Shown: one piece after another, positions 1-13,500 of the stretch
Position numbering within the stretch: the stretch's first letter is position 1
How the letters are laid out: the number at the start of each line of letters is the position of its first letter
The notes under the pieces: model-generated
Databases searched by the model: none
What the model was told of the DNA's origin: nothing
Seen by the model: the letters and a program-made list of their open reading frames with translations, nothing else
Position numbers and translations under genes: made by a program
DNA from: the human T2T-CHM13v2.0 reference genome, Homo sapiens
Assembly: GCF_009914755.1 (NCBI RefSeq)
Contig: NC_060948.1
Reading direction: 5' to 3' (one strand)
Length of the DNA stretch: 64,000 nt

Positions 1-253
1 CATTGACTGGAAAGGCTGGGTGTCGAAAGGAATTGACTCCAATGGAATGGAATCGAATGGAATGGAAGTGAATAGAATCGAACTAAATCGAATGGAATGG
101 AATTGATAGGAACGGAATGGAAAGGAATGCAATGATTTGGCATGGAATGGAATCGAATGGCATCGAATGGAATGGAATGGAATGCAATGGAATGGAATGT
201 ATTAGAATGTAATGAACTTTAATGGAATGTACTCGAATGGATTCGACTGGAAT

Positions 254-268
254 GGAATGTTCTCGAAG
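254..268. promoter_or_regulatory. Perfect heat-shock element motif HSE-1 (nGAAnnTTCnnGAAn), recurs in every unit
   Basis: gGAAtgTTCtcGAAg; intact in 19/19 copies by eye. Motif match only; binding not shown. Confidence 0.5.
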
Positions 269-508
269 TGAACGGACTCCAATGGAATGGATTCGAAAGG
301 AATGGAAACTAATGGAATGGAATTAAACGGAAATGAATCAAATAGAATAGAACGGAATTGAATTGAATGGAATCGAATGCAATGGAATCTAATGAAACGG
401 AAAGGAATGGAATGGAATGGGCTGGAATGGAATGGAATCGAAACGAATGGAATGGAATCGAACTGAAGAGACTGGAATGGAATGCACTGGAATGGAAGGG
501 AATGTAAT

Positions 509-523
509 GGAAGGTTCTCGAAA
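509..523. promoter_or_regulatory. Perfect heat-shock element motif HSE-2
   Basis: gGAAggTTCtcGAAa; intact in 17/18 units (unit 11 has ggATC). Motif match only. Confidence 0.5.
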
Positions 524-1549
524 AAAATGGAATCGAAAGGAATGGAATTGAATGGAACGGAATAGAGTCGAATGGAATTGAATGGAATGGAATGGACTAG
601 AGTGAAATGGAATCGAACCACAAGGAATGGACAGGAATAGAATGGTCTCGAATTGAATGGAATCGTATGGAATGGCATCAAACGGAATGGAATGGACAGC
701 CACGGAATGGAATGGACACCCACGGAATGGAATGCACTCGAATGCAATGGAGTCGACACTAATGGACTGGAATAGAATGGACTCGACTGGTACGGACTCC
801 AATGGAATGGAATCGAATGGAAGGGAATCGAAAGGAATGGACTCGAAGGGAAAAAACTGCAATGGAAAGGTCTCCAATGGAATGGAAATTAATGGAATGG
901 AATGGAATCGAATGAAATGGAGTCAAAAGGAATGGAATCGAATGGCAAGAAATCGAATGTAATGGAATCGCAAGGAATTGATGTGAACGGAACGGAATGG
1001 AATGGAATCCAAAGGAATGGAATAGAATGGAATGGAATCGAATGGAAAGGACTCGAATGGAAATCACTCGAATAGAATGCAATTTAATAAAATAGGATCA
1101 AATGTAATGGAATGGAATGGAAAGGAATCGAAACGAAAGGAATGGAGACAGATGGAATGGAATGGAACAGAGAGCAATGGTATAGAATGGAATGGAATCA
1201 TCTGGAATGGAATTGAATGGAATGGAATAATATGAAATGGAATGGAATGGAATGGAATGCCCTTGAATTAAATGGACTGGAATGCAATGGACTCGAACAG
1301 AGTGGAATGGAAAGTGTTGAAATAGAATGGAATGGACTCGTTTGGAATGGTCTAGTATGCAATGCAATCGACTGGCAGGGAATCAAAAGGAATGTAATCG
1401 AATGGATTGGACTGGAATGCAATGGACTCGAATAGATTGGAAACGGAAAGCAAAGGAATGGAATGGAATAGTATGGAATGGAATGGAAAGGAATGGAGTG
1501 GAATAGACTAGAGTGGAATGGAATGGACTCGAAAGCAATGGACTGGAAT

Positions 1550-1564
1550 GGAACTTTCTTGAAT
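1550..1564. promoter_or_regulatory. Perfect heat-shock element motif HSE-3
   Basis: gGAActTTCttGAAt; intact in 17/18 units (first GAA lost in unit 14). Motif match only. Confidence 0.5.
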
Positions 1565-3276
1565 GGACTGGAATCAAACGGAATGGAATGCAATGCAATC
1601 AAATGGCATGGAATAAAATAGAATGAAAGAGAATCAAATGGAATTGAATCGAATGGAATCGAATGGATTGGAAAGGAATAGAATGGAATGGAATGGAATT
1701 GACTCAAATGGAATGGACTAGAATGGAATGGATTCGAATGGAAGGCAAAGGAATGGAATCTATTGGAATGGACTGTAATGGAATGGAATGGAAGGGATTG
1801 GAATGGACTCGAATGGAATGGACTGCAGTAGAAAGGATTCGAATGGAATGAAAAAGAATTGAATGGAATAGAACAGAATGGAATCAAATCGAATGAAATG
1901 GAATGGAATAGAAAGGAATGGAATGAAATGGAATGGAAAGGATTCGAATGGAATGCAATCGAATGGAATGCAATCGAATGGAATGGAATCGAACGGAATG
2001 GAATAAAATGGAAGAAAACTGGCAAGAAATGGAATCGAAATGAATGGAGTGTTATGGAACGGACTCAAAAGGAATTGAATGTAATAGAATGGAGTGGAGT
2101 GGACTCGAATATAATGGACTGGAATGGAATGAAATCACATGGAATGGGAACGAATGGAATGGAATGGAAAGGAATGGAATCGAATGCAAAGGAATCGAAT
2201 GGAAGGGAATGAAATTGAATCAACAGGAATGGAAGGGAGTAGAATAGACGGTAATGGAATGGACTCGAATAGAATGGACACGAATGCTCAAATTGAATGG
2301 ACTCGAATGGAATGGAAACGAAAGGAATGTCATCGAATGGAATTGAATCGATTGGAATGAAATCACATAGAATGGAGTGGAATCAAATGGAATTGAATCG
2401 AAAGGAAAGGAAGCGAATGGACTGAAATGAAATGGAATGGAATTGAATGGAAAGTAATGCAATGGAATAGAATGGAACGAAATTTCACGGAATGGAATCA
2501 AACTGAATGGAATCAAATCAATGGAATATAATCAAATGGAATGGAAAGGAATTGAACGGAGTAGATTGGATTGGATGGGATTGGAATGAAATGTACTGGA
2601 AAGGACTCGAAATTCATGAAACGGAATGGAATGAACTGGAACGGAATGGAATCGAATGGAATGGAATGTCATGTAATGGCATCAAATGGAATGGAATCGA
2701 ATGCGATGGAATGCTATGGAATGGAATGGAATGCATAGGAATGGAATGTCCTCTAATGGAATGTATTCGAGTGGAATGGAATCGAATATAATGCAGTCTA
2801 ATGAAATGGAATTGAAAGGAATGGGACCGAATACAATGGAATAAACTGGAATGTAATGTAATGAACTCGAATGTAATTGACTGGAATGGAATGTACATGA
2901 ATGGAATGTAATCGCATGGAAAGCAATCCAATGGAATAGAATCTAATGCAATAAAATCGACTCAAATAGAGTAGAATGTAATGGAATGGAGTGCAGTGCA
3001 ATGGAATGGAATGGAATGCAACGGAATGGAATGGAATGGAATGGAATGGGATGGAATGGTATGGAATGGATAGTAATGGACTGGAGTGAAATGGACTGGA
3101 AAAGAATGGACTCAAATTGAAAGGGCTCGAAAGGAATGGAGTCAAATGGAATGGTCTGGAATGGAATGAACACGAATGTAATGCAATCCAATAGAATGGA
3201 ATCGAATGGCATAGAATATAAAGAAATGGAATCGAAGAGAATGGAAACAAATGGAATGGAATTGAATGGAATGGAA

Positions 3277-3430
3277 TTGAATGGAATGGGAACGAATGGA
3301 GTGAAATTGTATGCAGTAGAAGAGAATAGAATGGAATGCAAGCGAAAGGAAAGGAATGGATTGGAATGGAATGGAATTCATTGGAATGGAAGGGAATGTA
3401 GTGTAATGGACAGGCCTGGAATAAAGTGGA
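3277..3430 (+). other. Classical DYZ1 sex-typing PCR target (154 bp; recurs in every complete unit)
   Basis: ttgaatggaatgggaacgaatgg (3277-3299) and ggacaggcctggaataaagtgga (3408-3430) match, from memory, the widely used Y1.2 primer and the reverse complement of Y1.1. The segment contains the conserved EcoRI (3374) and HaeIII (3413) sites. Not database-verified. Confidence 0.75.
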
Positions 3431-3534
3431 ATGCTACGGTCTCGAATGGAATAAAAATGTATGGAATGGAATGCAATGAAACGGAATCGAATGTCATAGA
3501 ATGTAATGGAATGCAAAAAAATGGAATCCAAAAT

Positions 3535-6500
3535 CATTGACTGGAAAGGCTGGGTGTCGAAAGGAATTGACTCCAATGGAATGGAATCGAATGGAATGGA
3601 AGTGAATAGAATCGAACTAAATCGAATGGAATGGAATTGATAGGAACGGAATGGAAAGGAATGCAATGATTTGGCATGGAATGGAATCGAAAGGCATCGA
3701 ATGGAATGGAATGGAATGCAATGGAATGGAATGTATTAGAATGTAATGAACATTAATGGAAAGTACTCGAATGGATTCGACTGGAATGGAATGTTCTGGA
3801 AGTGAATGGACTCCAATGGAATGGATTCGAAAGGAATGGAATCGAACGGAATGGAATTAAACGGAAATGAATCAAATAGAATAGAACGGAATTGAATTGA
3901 ATGGAATCGAATGCAATGGAATCTAATGAAACGGAAAGGAATGGAATGGAATGGGCTGGAATGGAATGGAATCGAAACGAATGGAATGGAATCGAACTGA
4001 AGAGACTGGAATGGAATGCACTGGAATGGAAGGGAATGTAATGGAAGGTTCTCGAAAAAAATGGAATCGAAAGGAATGGAATTGAATGGAACGGAATAGA
4101 GTCGAATGGAATTCAATGGAATGGAATGGACTAGAGTGAAATGGAATCGAACCACAAGGAATGGACAGGAATAGAATGGTCTCGAATTGAATGGAATCGT
4201 ATGGAATGGCATCAAACGGAATGGAATGGACGGCCACGGAATGGAATGCACTCGAATGCAATGGAGTCGAAACTAATGGACTGGAATAGAATGGACTCGA
4301 CTGGTACGGACTCCAATGGAATGGAATCGAATGGAAGGGAATCGAACGGAATGGACTCGAAGGGAAAAGACTGCAATGGAAAGGTCTCGAATGGAATGGA
4401 AATTAATGGAATGGAATGGAATCGAATGAAATGGAGTCAAAAGGAATGGAATCGAATGGCAAGAAATCGAATGTAATGGAATCGCAAGGAATTGATGTGA
4501 ACGGAACGGAATGGAATGGAATCCAAAGGAATGGAATAGAATGGAATGGAATCGAATGGAAAGGACTCGAATGGAAATCACTCGAATAGAATGCAATTTA
4601 ATAAAATAGGATCAAATGTAATGGAATGGAATGGAAAGGAATCGAAACGAAAGGAATGGAGACAGATGGAATGGAATGGAACAGAGAGCAATGGTATAGA
4701 ATGGAATGGAATCATCTGGAATGGAATTGAATGGAATGGAATAATATGAAATGGAATGGAATGGAATGGAATACCCTTGAATTAAATGGACTGGAATGGA
4801 ATGGACTCGAACAGAGTGGAATGGAAAGTGTTGAAATAGAATGGAATGGACTCGTTTGGAATGGTCTAGTATGCAATGCAATCGACTGGCAGGGAATCAA
4901 AAGGAATGTAATCGAATGGATTGGACTGGAATGCAATGGACTCGAATAGATTGGAAACGGAAAGCAAAGGAATGGAATGGAATAGTATGGAATGGAATGC
5001 AAAGGAATGGAGTGGAATAGACTAGAGTGGAATGGAATGGACTGGAAAGCAATGGACTGGAATGGAACTTTCTTGAATGGACTGGAATCAAACGGAATGG
5101 AATGCAATGCAATCAAATGGCATGGAATAAAATAGAATGAAAGAGAATCAAATGGAATTGAATCGAATGGAATCGAATGGATTGGAAAGGAATAGAATGG
5201 AATGGAATGGAATTGACTCAAATGGAATGGACTAGAATGGAATGGATTCGAATGGAAGGCAAAGGAATGGAATCTATTGGAATGGACTGTAATGGAATGG
5301 AATGGAAGGGATTGTAATGGACTCGAATGGAATGGACTGCAGTAGAAAGGATTCGAATGGAATGAAAAAGAATTGAATGGAATAGAACAGAATGGAATCA
5401 AATCGAATGAAATGGAATGGAATAGAAAGGAATGGAATGAAATGGAATGGAAAGGATTCGAATGGAATGCAATCGAATGGAATGAAATCGAATGGAATGG
5501 AATCGAACGGAATGGAATAAAATGGAAGAAAACTGGCAAGAAATGGAATCGAAATGAATGGAGTGTTACGGAACGGACTCAAAAGGAATTGAATGTAATA
5601 GAATGGAGTGGAGTGGACTCGAATATAATGGACTAGAATGGAATGAAATCACATGGAATGGGAACGAATGGAATGGAATGGAAAGGAATGGAATCGAATG
5701 GAAAGGAATCGAATGGAAGGGAATGAAATTGAATCAACAGGAATGGAAGGGAGTAGAATAGACGGTAATGGAATGGACTCGAATAGAATGGACACGAATG
5801 CTCAAATTGAATGGACTCGAATGGAATGGCAACGAAAGGAATGTCATCGAATGGAATTGAATCGTTGGAATGAAATCACATAGAATGGAGTGGAATCAAA
5901 TGGAATTGAATCGAAAGGAAAGGAAGCGAATGGACTGAAATGAAATGGAATGGAATTGAATGGAAATTAATGCAATGGAATAGAATGGAACGAAATTTCA
6001 CGGAATGGAATCAAACTGAATGGAATCAAATCAATGGAATATAATCAAATGGAATGGAAAGGAATTGAATGGAGTAGATTGGATTGGATGGGATTGGAAT
6101 GAAATGTACTGGAAAGGACTCGAATTTCATGAAACGGAATGGAATGAATTAGAACGGAATGGACTCGAATGGAATGGAATGTCATGGAATGGCATCAAAT
6201 GGAATGGAATCGAATGCAATGGAATGCTTTGGAATGGAATGGAATGCATTGGAATGGAATGTCCTCTAATGGAATGTATTCGAGTGGAATGGAATCGAAT
6301 ATAATGGAGTCTAATGAAATGGAATTGAAAGGAATGGGACCGAATACAATGGAATATACTGGAATGTAATGTAATGAACTCGAATGTAATTGACTGGAAT
6401 GGAATGTACATGAATGGAATGTAATCGAATGGAAAGCAATCCAATGGAATAGAATCTAATGCAATAAAATCGACTCAAATAGAGTAGAATGTAATGGAAT

Positions 6501-7047
6501 GGAGTGCAGTGCAATGGAATGGAATGGAATGGAATGCAATGGAATGGAATGGAATGGAATGGGATGGAATGGTATGGAATGGATAGTAATGGACTGGAGT
6601 GAAATGGACTGGAAAAGAATGGACTCAAATTGAAAGGGCTCGAAAGGAATGGAGTCAAATGGAATGGTCTGGAATGGAATGAACACGAATGTAATGCAAT
6701 CCAATAGAATGGAATCGAATGGCATGGAATATAAAGAAATGGAATCGAAGAGAATGGAAACAAATGGAATGGAATTGAATGGAATGGAATTGAATGGAAT
6801 GGGAACGAATGGAGTGAAATTGTATGCAGTAGAAGAGAATAGAATGGAATGCAAGCGAAAGGAAAGGAATGGATTGGAATGGAATGGAATTCATTGGAAT
6901 GGAAGGGAATGTAGTGTAATGGACAGGCCTGGAATAAAGTGGAATGCTACGGTCTCGAATGGAATAAAAATGTATGGAACGGAATGCAATGAAACGGAAT
7001 CGAATGTCATAGAATGTAATGGAATGCAAAAAAATGGACTCCAAAAT
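3535..7047 (+). repeat. DYZ1 unit 2 (3513 bp)
   Basis: Landmarks 3535 and 7048. Lacks the 20-bp duplication, has an extra GGCC at 4232 and a 1-bp deletion near 5864. Confidence 0.9.
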
Positions 7048-10000
7048 CATTGACTGGAAAGGCTGGGTGTCGAAAGGAATTGACTCCAATGGAATGGAAT
7101 CGAATGGAATGGAAGTGAATAGAATCGAACTAAATCGAATGGAATGGAATTGATAGGAACGGAATGGAAAGGAATGCAATGATTTGGCATGGAATGGAAT
7201 CGAATGGCATCGAATGGAATGGAATGGAATGCAATGGAATGGAATGTATTAGAATGTAATGAACTTTAATGGAATGTACTCGAATGGATTCGACTGGAAT
7301 GGAATGTTCTCGAAGTGAATGGACTCCAATGGAATGGATTCGAAAGGAATGGAATCTAATGGAATGGAATTAAATGGAAATGAATCAAATTGAATAGAAC
7401 GGAATTGAATTGAATGGAATCGAATGCAATGGAATCTAATGAAACGGAAAGGAAAGGAATGGAATGGATTGGAATGGAATGGGCTGGAATGGAATGGAAT
7501 CGAAACGAATGGAATGGAATCGAACTGAAGAGACTGGAATGGAATGCACTGGAATGGAAGGGAATGTAATGGAAGGTTCTCGAAAAAAATGGAATCGAAA
7601 GGAATGGAATTGAATGGAACGGAATAGAGTCGAATGGAATTGAATGGAATGGAATGGACTAGAGTGAAATGGAATCGAACCACAAGGAATGGACAGGAAT
7701 AGAATGGTCTCGAATTGAATGGAATCGTATGGAATGGCATCAAACGGAATGGAATGGACAGCCACGGAATGGAATGGACACCCACGGAATGGAATGCACT
7801 CGAATGCAATGGAGTCGACACTAATGGACTGGAATAGAATGGACTCGACTGGTACGGACTCCAATGGAATGGAATCGAATGGAAGGGAATCGAAAGGAAT
7901 GGACTCGAAGGGAAAAGACTGCAATGGAAAGGTCTCGAATGGAATGGAAATTAATGGAATGGAATGGAATCGAATGAAATGGAGTCAAAAGGAATGGAAT
8001 CGAATGGCAAGAAATCGAATGTAATGGAATCGCAAGGAATTGATGTGAACGGAACGGAATGGAATGGAATCCAAAGGAATGGAATAGAATGGAATGGAAT
8101 CGAATGGAAAGGACTCGAATGGAAATCACTCGAATAGAATGCAATTTAATAAAATAGGATCAAATGTAATGGAATGGAATGGAAAGGAATCGAAACGAAA
8201 GGAATGGAGACAGATGGAATGGAATGGAACAGAGAGCAATGGTATAGAATGGAATGGAATCATCTGGAATGGAATTGAATGGAATGGAATAATATGAAAT
8301 GGAATGGAATGGAATGGAATGCCCTTGAATTAAATGGACTGGAATGCAATGGACTCGAACAGAGTGGAATGGAAAGTGTTGAAATAGAATGGAATGGACT
8401 CGTTTGGAATGGTCTAGTATGCAATGCAATCGACTGGCAGGGAATCAAAAGGAATGTAATCGAATGGATTGGACTGGAATGCAATGGACTCGAATAGATT
8501 GGAAGCGGAAAGCAAAGGAATGGAATGGAATAGTATGGAATGGAATGCAAAGGAATGGAGTGGAATAGACTAGAGTGGAATGGAATGGACTCGAAAGCAA
8601 TGGACTGGAATGGAACTTTCTTGAATGGACTGGAATCAAACGGAATGGAATGCAATGCAATCAAATGGCATGGAATAAAATAGAATGAAAGAGAATCAAA
8701 TGGAATTGAATCGAATGGAATCGAATGGATTGGAAAGGAATAGAATGGAATGGAATGGAATTGACTCAAATGGAATGGACTAGAATGGAATGGATTCGAA
8801 TGGAAGGCAAAGGAATGGAATCTATTGGAATGGACTGTAATGGAATGGAATGGAAGGGATTGGAATGGACTCGAATGGAATGCGCTGCAATAGAAAGGAT
8901 TCGAATGGAATGAAAAAGAATTGAATGGAATAGAACAGAATGGAATCAAATCGAATGAAATGGAATGGAATAGAAAGGAATGCAATGAAATGGAATGGAA
9001 AGGATTCCAATGGAATGCAATCGAATGGAATGAAATCGATTGGAATGGAATCGAACGGAATGGAATAAAATGGAAGAAAACTGGCAAGAAATGGAGTCGA
9101 AATGAATGGAGTGTTATGGAACGGACTCAAAAGGAATTGAATGTAATAGAATGGAGTGGAGTGGACTCGAATATAATGGACTGGAGTGGAATGAAATCAC
9201 ATGGAATGGGAACGAATGGAATGGAATGGAAAGGAATGGAATCGAATGGAAAGGAATCGAATGGAAGGGAATGAAATTGAATCAACAGGAATGGAAGGGA
9301 GTAGAATCGACGGTAATGGAATGGACTCGAATAGAATGGACACGAATGCTCAAATTGAATGGACTCGAATGGAATGGAAACGAAAGGAATGTCATCGAAT
9401 GGAATTGAATCGATTGGAATGAAATCACATAGAATGGAGTGGAATCAAATGGAATTGAATCGAAAGGAAAGGAAGCGAATGGACTGAAATGAAATGGAAT
9501 GGAATTGAATGGAAATTAATGCAATGGAATAGAATGGAACGAAATTTCACGGAATGGAATCAAACTGAATGGAATCAAATCAATGGAATATAATCAAATG
9601 GAATGGAAAGGAATTGAATGGAGTAGATTGGATTGGATGGGATTGGAATGAAATGTACTGGAAAGGACTCGAATTTCATGAAACGGAATGGAATGAATTA
9701 GAACGGAATGGACTCGAATGGAATGGAATGTCATGGAATGGCATCAAATGGAATGGAATCGAATGCGATGGAATGCTATGGAATGGAATGGAATGCATTG
9801 GAATGGAATGTCCTCTAATGGAATGGATTCGAGTGGAATGGAATCGAATATAATGGAGTCTAATGAAATAGAATTGAAAGGAATGGGACCGAATACAATG
9901 GAATATACTGGAATGTAATGTAATGAACTCGAATGTAATTGACTGGAATGGAATGTACGTGAATGGAATGTAATCGAATGGAAAGCAATCCAATGGAATA

Positions 10001-10591
10001 GAATCTAATGCAATAAAATCGAGTCAAATAGAGTAGAATGTAATGGAATGGAGTGCAGTGCAATGGAATGGAATGGAATGGAATGCAATGGAATGGAATG
10101 GAATGGGATGGAATGGTATGGAATGGATAGTAATGGACTGGAGTGAAATGGACTGGAAAAGAATGGACTCAAATTGAAAGGGCTCGAAAGGAATGGAGTC
10201 AAATGGAATGGTCTGGAATGGAATGAACACGAATGTAATGCAATCCAATAGAATGGAATCGAATGGCATGGAATATAAAGAAATGGAATCGAAGAGAATG
10301 GAAACAAATGGAATGGAATTGAATGGAATGGAATTGAATGGAATGAGAACGAATGGAGTGAAATTGTATGCAGTAGAAGAGAATAGAATGGAATGCAAGC
10401 GAAAGGAAAGGAATGGATTGGAATGGAATGGAATTCATTGGAATGGAAGGGAATGTAGTGTAATGGACAGGCCTGGAATAAAGTGGAATGCTACGGTCTC
10501 GAATGGAATAAAAATGTATGGAATGGAATGCAATGAAACGGAATCGAATGTCATAGAATGTAATGGAATGCAAAAAAATGGAATCCAAAAT
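7048..10591 (+). repeat. DYZ1 unit 3 (3544 bp)
   Basis: Landmarks 7048 and 10592. Shares private variants (tgcgctgcaa, gactggagtgg) with unit 5. Confidence 0.9.
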
Positions 10592-13500
10592 CATTGACTG
10601 GAAAGGCTGGGTGTCGAAAGGAATTGACTCCAATGGAATGGAATCGAATGGAATGGAAGTGAATAGAATCGAACTAAATCGAATGGAATGGAATTGATAG
10701 GAACGGAATGGAAAGGAATGCAATGATTTGGCATGGAATGGAATCGAATGGCATCGAATGGAATGGAATGGAATGCAATGGAATGGAATGTATTAGAATG
10801 TAATGAACTTTAATGGAATGTACTCGAATGGATTCGACTGGAATGGAATGTTCTCGAAGTGAACGGACTCCAATGGAATGGATTCGAAAGGAATGGAAAC
10901 TAATGGAATGGAATTAAACGGAAATGAATCAAATAGAATAGAACGGAATTGAATTGAATGGAATCGAATGCAATGGAATCTAATGAAACGGAAAGGAATG
11001 GAATGGAATGGGCTGGAATGGAATGGAATCGAAACGAATGGAATGGAATCGAACTGAAGAGACTGGAATGGAATGCACTGGAATGGAAGGGAATGTAATG
11101 GAAGGTTCTCGAAAAAAATGGAATCGAAAGGAATGGAATTGAATGGAACGGAATAGAGTCGAATGGAATTCAATGGAATGGAATGGACTAGAGTGAAATG
11201 GAATCGAACCACAAGGAATGGACAGGAATAGAATGGTCTCGAATTGAATGGAATCGTATGGAATGGCATCAAACGGAATGGAATGGACAGCCACGGAATG
11301 GAATGGACACCCACGGAATGGAATGCACTCGAATGCAATGGAGTCGACACTAATGGACTGGAATAGAATGGACTCGACTGGTACGGACTCCAATGGAATG
11401 GAATCGAATGGAAGGGAATCGAAAGGAATGGACTCGAAGGGAAAAAACTGCAATGGAAAGGTCTCCAATGGAATGGAAATTAATGGAATGGAATGGAATC
11501 GAATGAAATGGAGTCAAAAGGAATGGAATCGAATGGCAAGAAATCGAATGTAATGGAATCGCAAGGAATTGATGTGAACGGAACGGAATGGAATGGAATC
11601 CAAAGGAATGGAATAGAATGGAATGGAATCGAATGGAAAGGACTCGAATGGAAATCACTCGAATAGAATGCAATTTAATAAAATAGGATCAAATGTAATG
11701 GAATGGAATGGAAAGGAATCGAAACGAAAGGAATGGAGACAGATGGAATGGAATGGAACAGAGAGCAATGGTATAGAATGGAATGGAATCATCTGGAATG
11801 GAATTGAATGGAATGGAATAATATGAAATGGAATGGAATGGAATGGAATGCCCTTGAATTAAATGGACTGGAATGCAATGGACTCGAACAGAGTGGAATG
11901 GAAAGTGTTGAAATAGAATGGAATGGACTCGTTTGGAATGGTCTAGTATGCAATGCAATCGACTGGCAGGGAATCAAAAGGAATGTAATCGAATGGATTG
12001 GACTGGAATGCAATGGACTCGAATAGATTGGAAATGGAAAGCAAAGGAATGGAATGGAATAGTATGGAATGGAATGCAAAGGAATGGAGTGGAATAGACT
12101 AGAGTGGAATGGAATGGACTCGAAAGCAATGGACTGGAATGGAACTTTCTTGAATGGACTGGAATCAAACGGAATGGAATGCAATGCAATCAAATGGCAT
12201 GGAATAAAATAGAATGAAAGAGAATCAAATGGAATTGAATCGAATGGAATCGAATGGATTGGAAAGGAATAGAATGGAATGGAATGGAATTGACTCAAAT
12301 GGAATGGACTAGAATGGAATGGATTCGAATGGAAGGCAAAGGAATGGAATCTATTGGAATGGACTGTAATGGAATGGAATGGAAGGGATTGGAATGGACT
12401 CGAATGGAATGGACTGCAGTAGAAAGGATTCGAATGGAATGAAAAAGAATTGAATGGAATAGAACAGAATGGAATCAAATCGAATGAAATGGAATGGAAT
12501 AGAAAGGAATGGAATGAAATGGAATGGAAAGGATTCGAATGGAATGCAATCGAATGGAATGCAATCGAATGGAATGGAATCGAACGGAATGGAATAAAAT
12601 GGAAGAAAACTGGCAAGAAATGGAATCGAAATGAATGGAGTGTTATGGAACGGACTCAAAAGGAATTGAATGTAATAGAATGGAGTGGAGTGGACTCGAA
12701 TATAATGGACTGGAATGGAATGAAATCACATGGAATGGGAACGAATGGAATGGAATGGAAAGGAATGGAATCGAATGCAAAGGAATCGAATGGAAGGGAA
12801 CGAAATTGAATCAACAGGAATGGAAGGGAGTAGAATAGACGGTAATGGAATGGACTCGAATAGAATGGACACGAATGCTCAAATTGAATGGACTCGAATG
12901 GAATGGAAACGAAAGGAATGTCATCGAATGGAATTGAATCGATTGGAATGAAATCACATAGAATGGAGTGGAATCAAATGGAATTGAATCGAAAGGAAAG
13001 GAAGCGAATGGACTGAAATGAAATGGAATGGAATTGAATGGAAATTAATTCAATGGAATAGAATGGAACGAAATTTCACGGAATGGAATCAAACTGAATG
13101 GAATCAAATCAATGGAATATAATCAAATGGAATGGAAAGGAATTGAATGGAGTAGATTGAATTGGATGGGATTGGAATGAAATGTACTGGAAAGGACTCG
13201 AATTTCATGAAACGGAATGGAATGAATTAGAACGGAATGGACTCGAATGGAATGGAATGTCATGGAATGGCATCAAATGGAATGGAATCGAATGCGATGG
13301 AATGCTATGGAATGGAATGGAATGCATTGGAATGGAATGTCCTCTAATGGAATGTATTCGAGTGGAATGGAATCGAATATAATGGAGTCTAATGAAATGG
13401 AATTGAAAGGAATGGGACCGAATACAATGGAATATACTGGAATGTAATGTAATGAACTCGAATGTAATTGACTGGAATGGAATGTACATGAATGGAATGT

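Larger units (their letters stand above)
1..3534 (+). repeat. DYZ1 unit 1 (3534 bp)
   Basis: Landmark cattgactggaaagg at 1 and 3535. Unit boundary is arbitrary and set by this landmark. Confidence 0.9.

Noticed and set aside
2505-2585. DUX4-like (gaatctaatca, gaatcaaatca) and CCAAT-like (gattggattgg) motifs
   Set aside because: The matches are imperfect or very short and expected by chance in this pentamer background. DUX4 binding is established for HSATII and cannot be inferred here.
596-3300. Internal sub-repeats within the monomer (gactagagtg at ~596 and ~1506; gggaacgaatgg at ~2146 and ~3288)
   Set aside because: The offsets are inconsistent (~910 versus ~1140 bp), so no sub-monomer period can be supported by eye. 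A pentamer-encoded self-alignment would be needed.
1085-3456. About six AATAAA hexamers per unit as possible polyadenylation signals
   Set aside because: They arise easily from gaatggaa by substitution, and there is no U/GU-rich downstream element or transcript evidence in the sequence.
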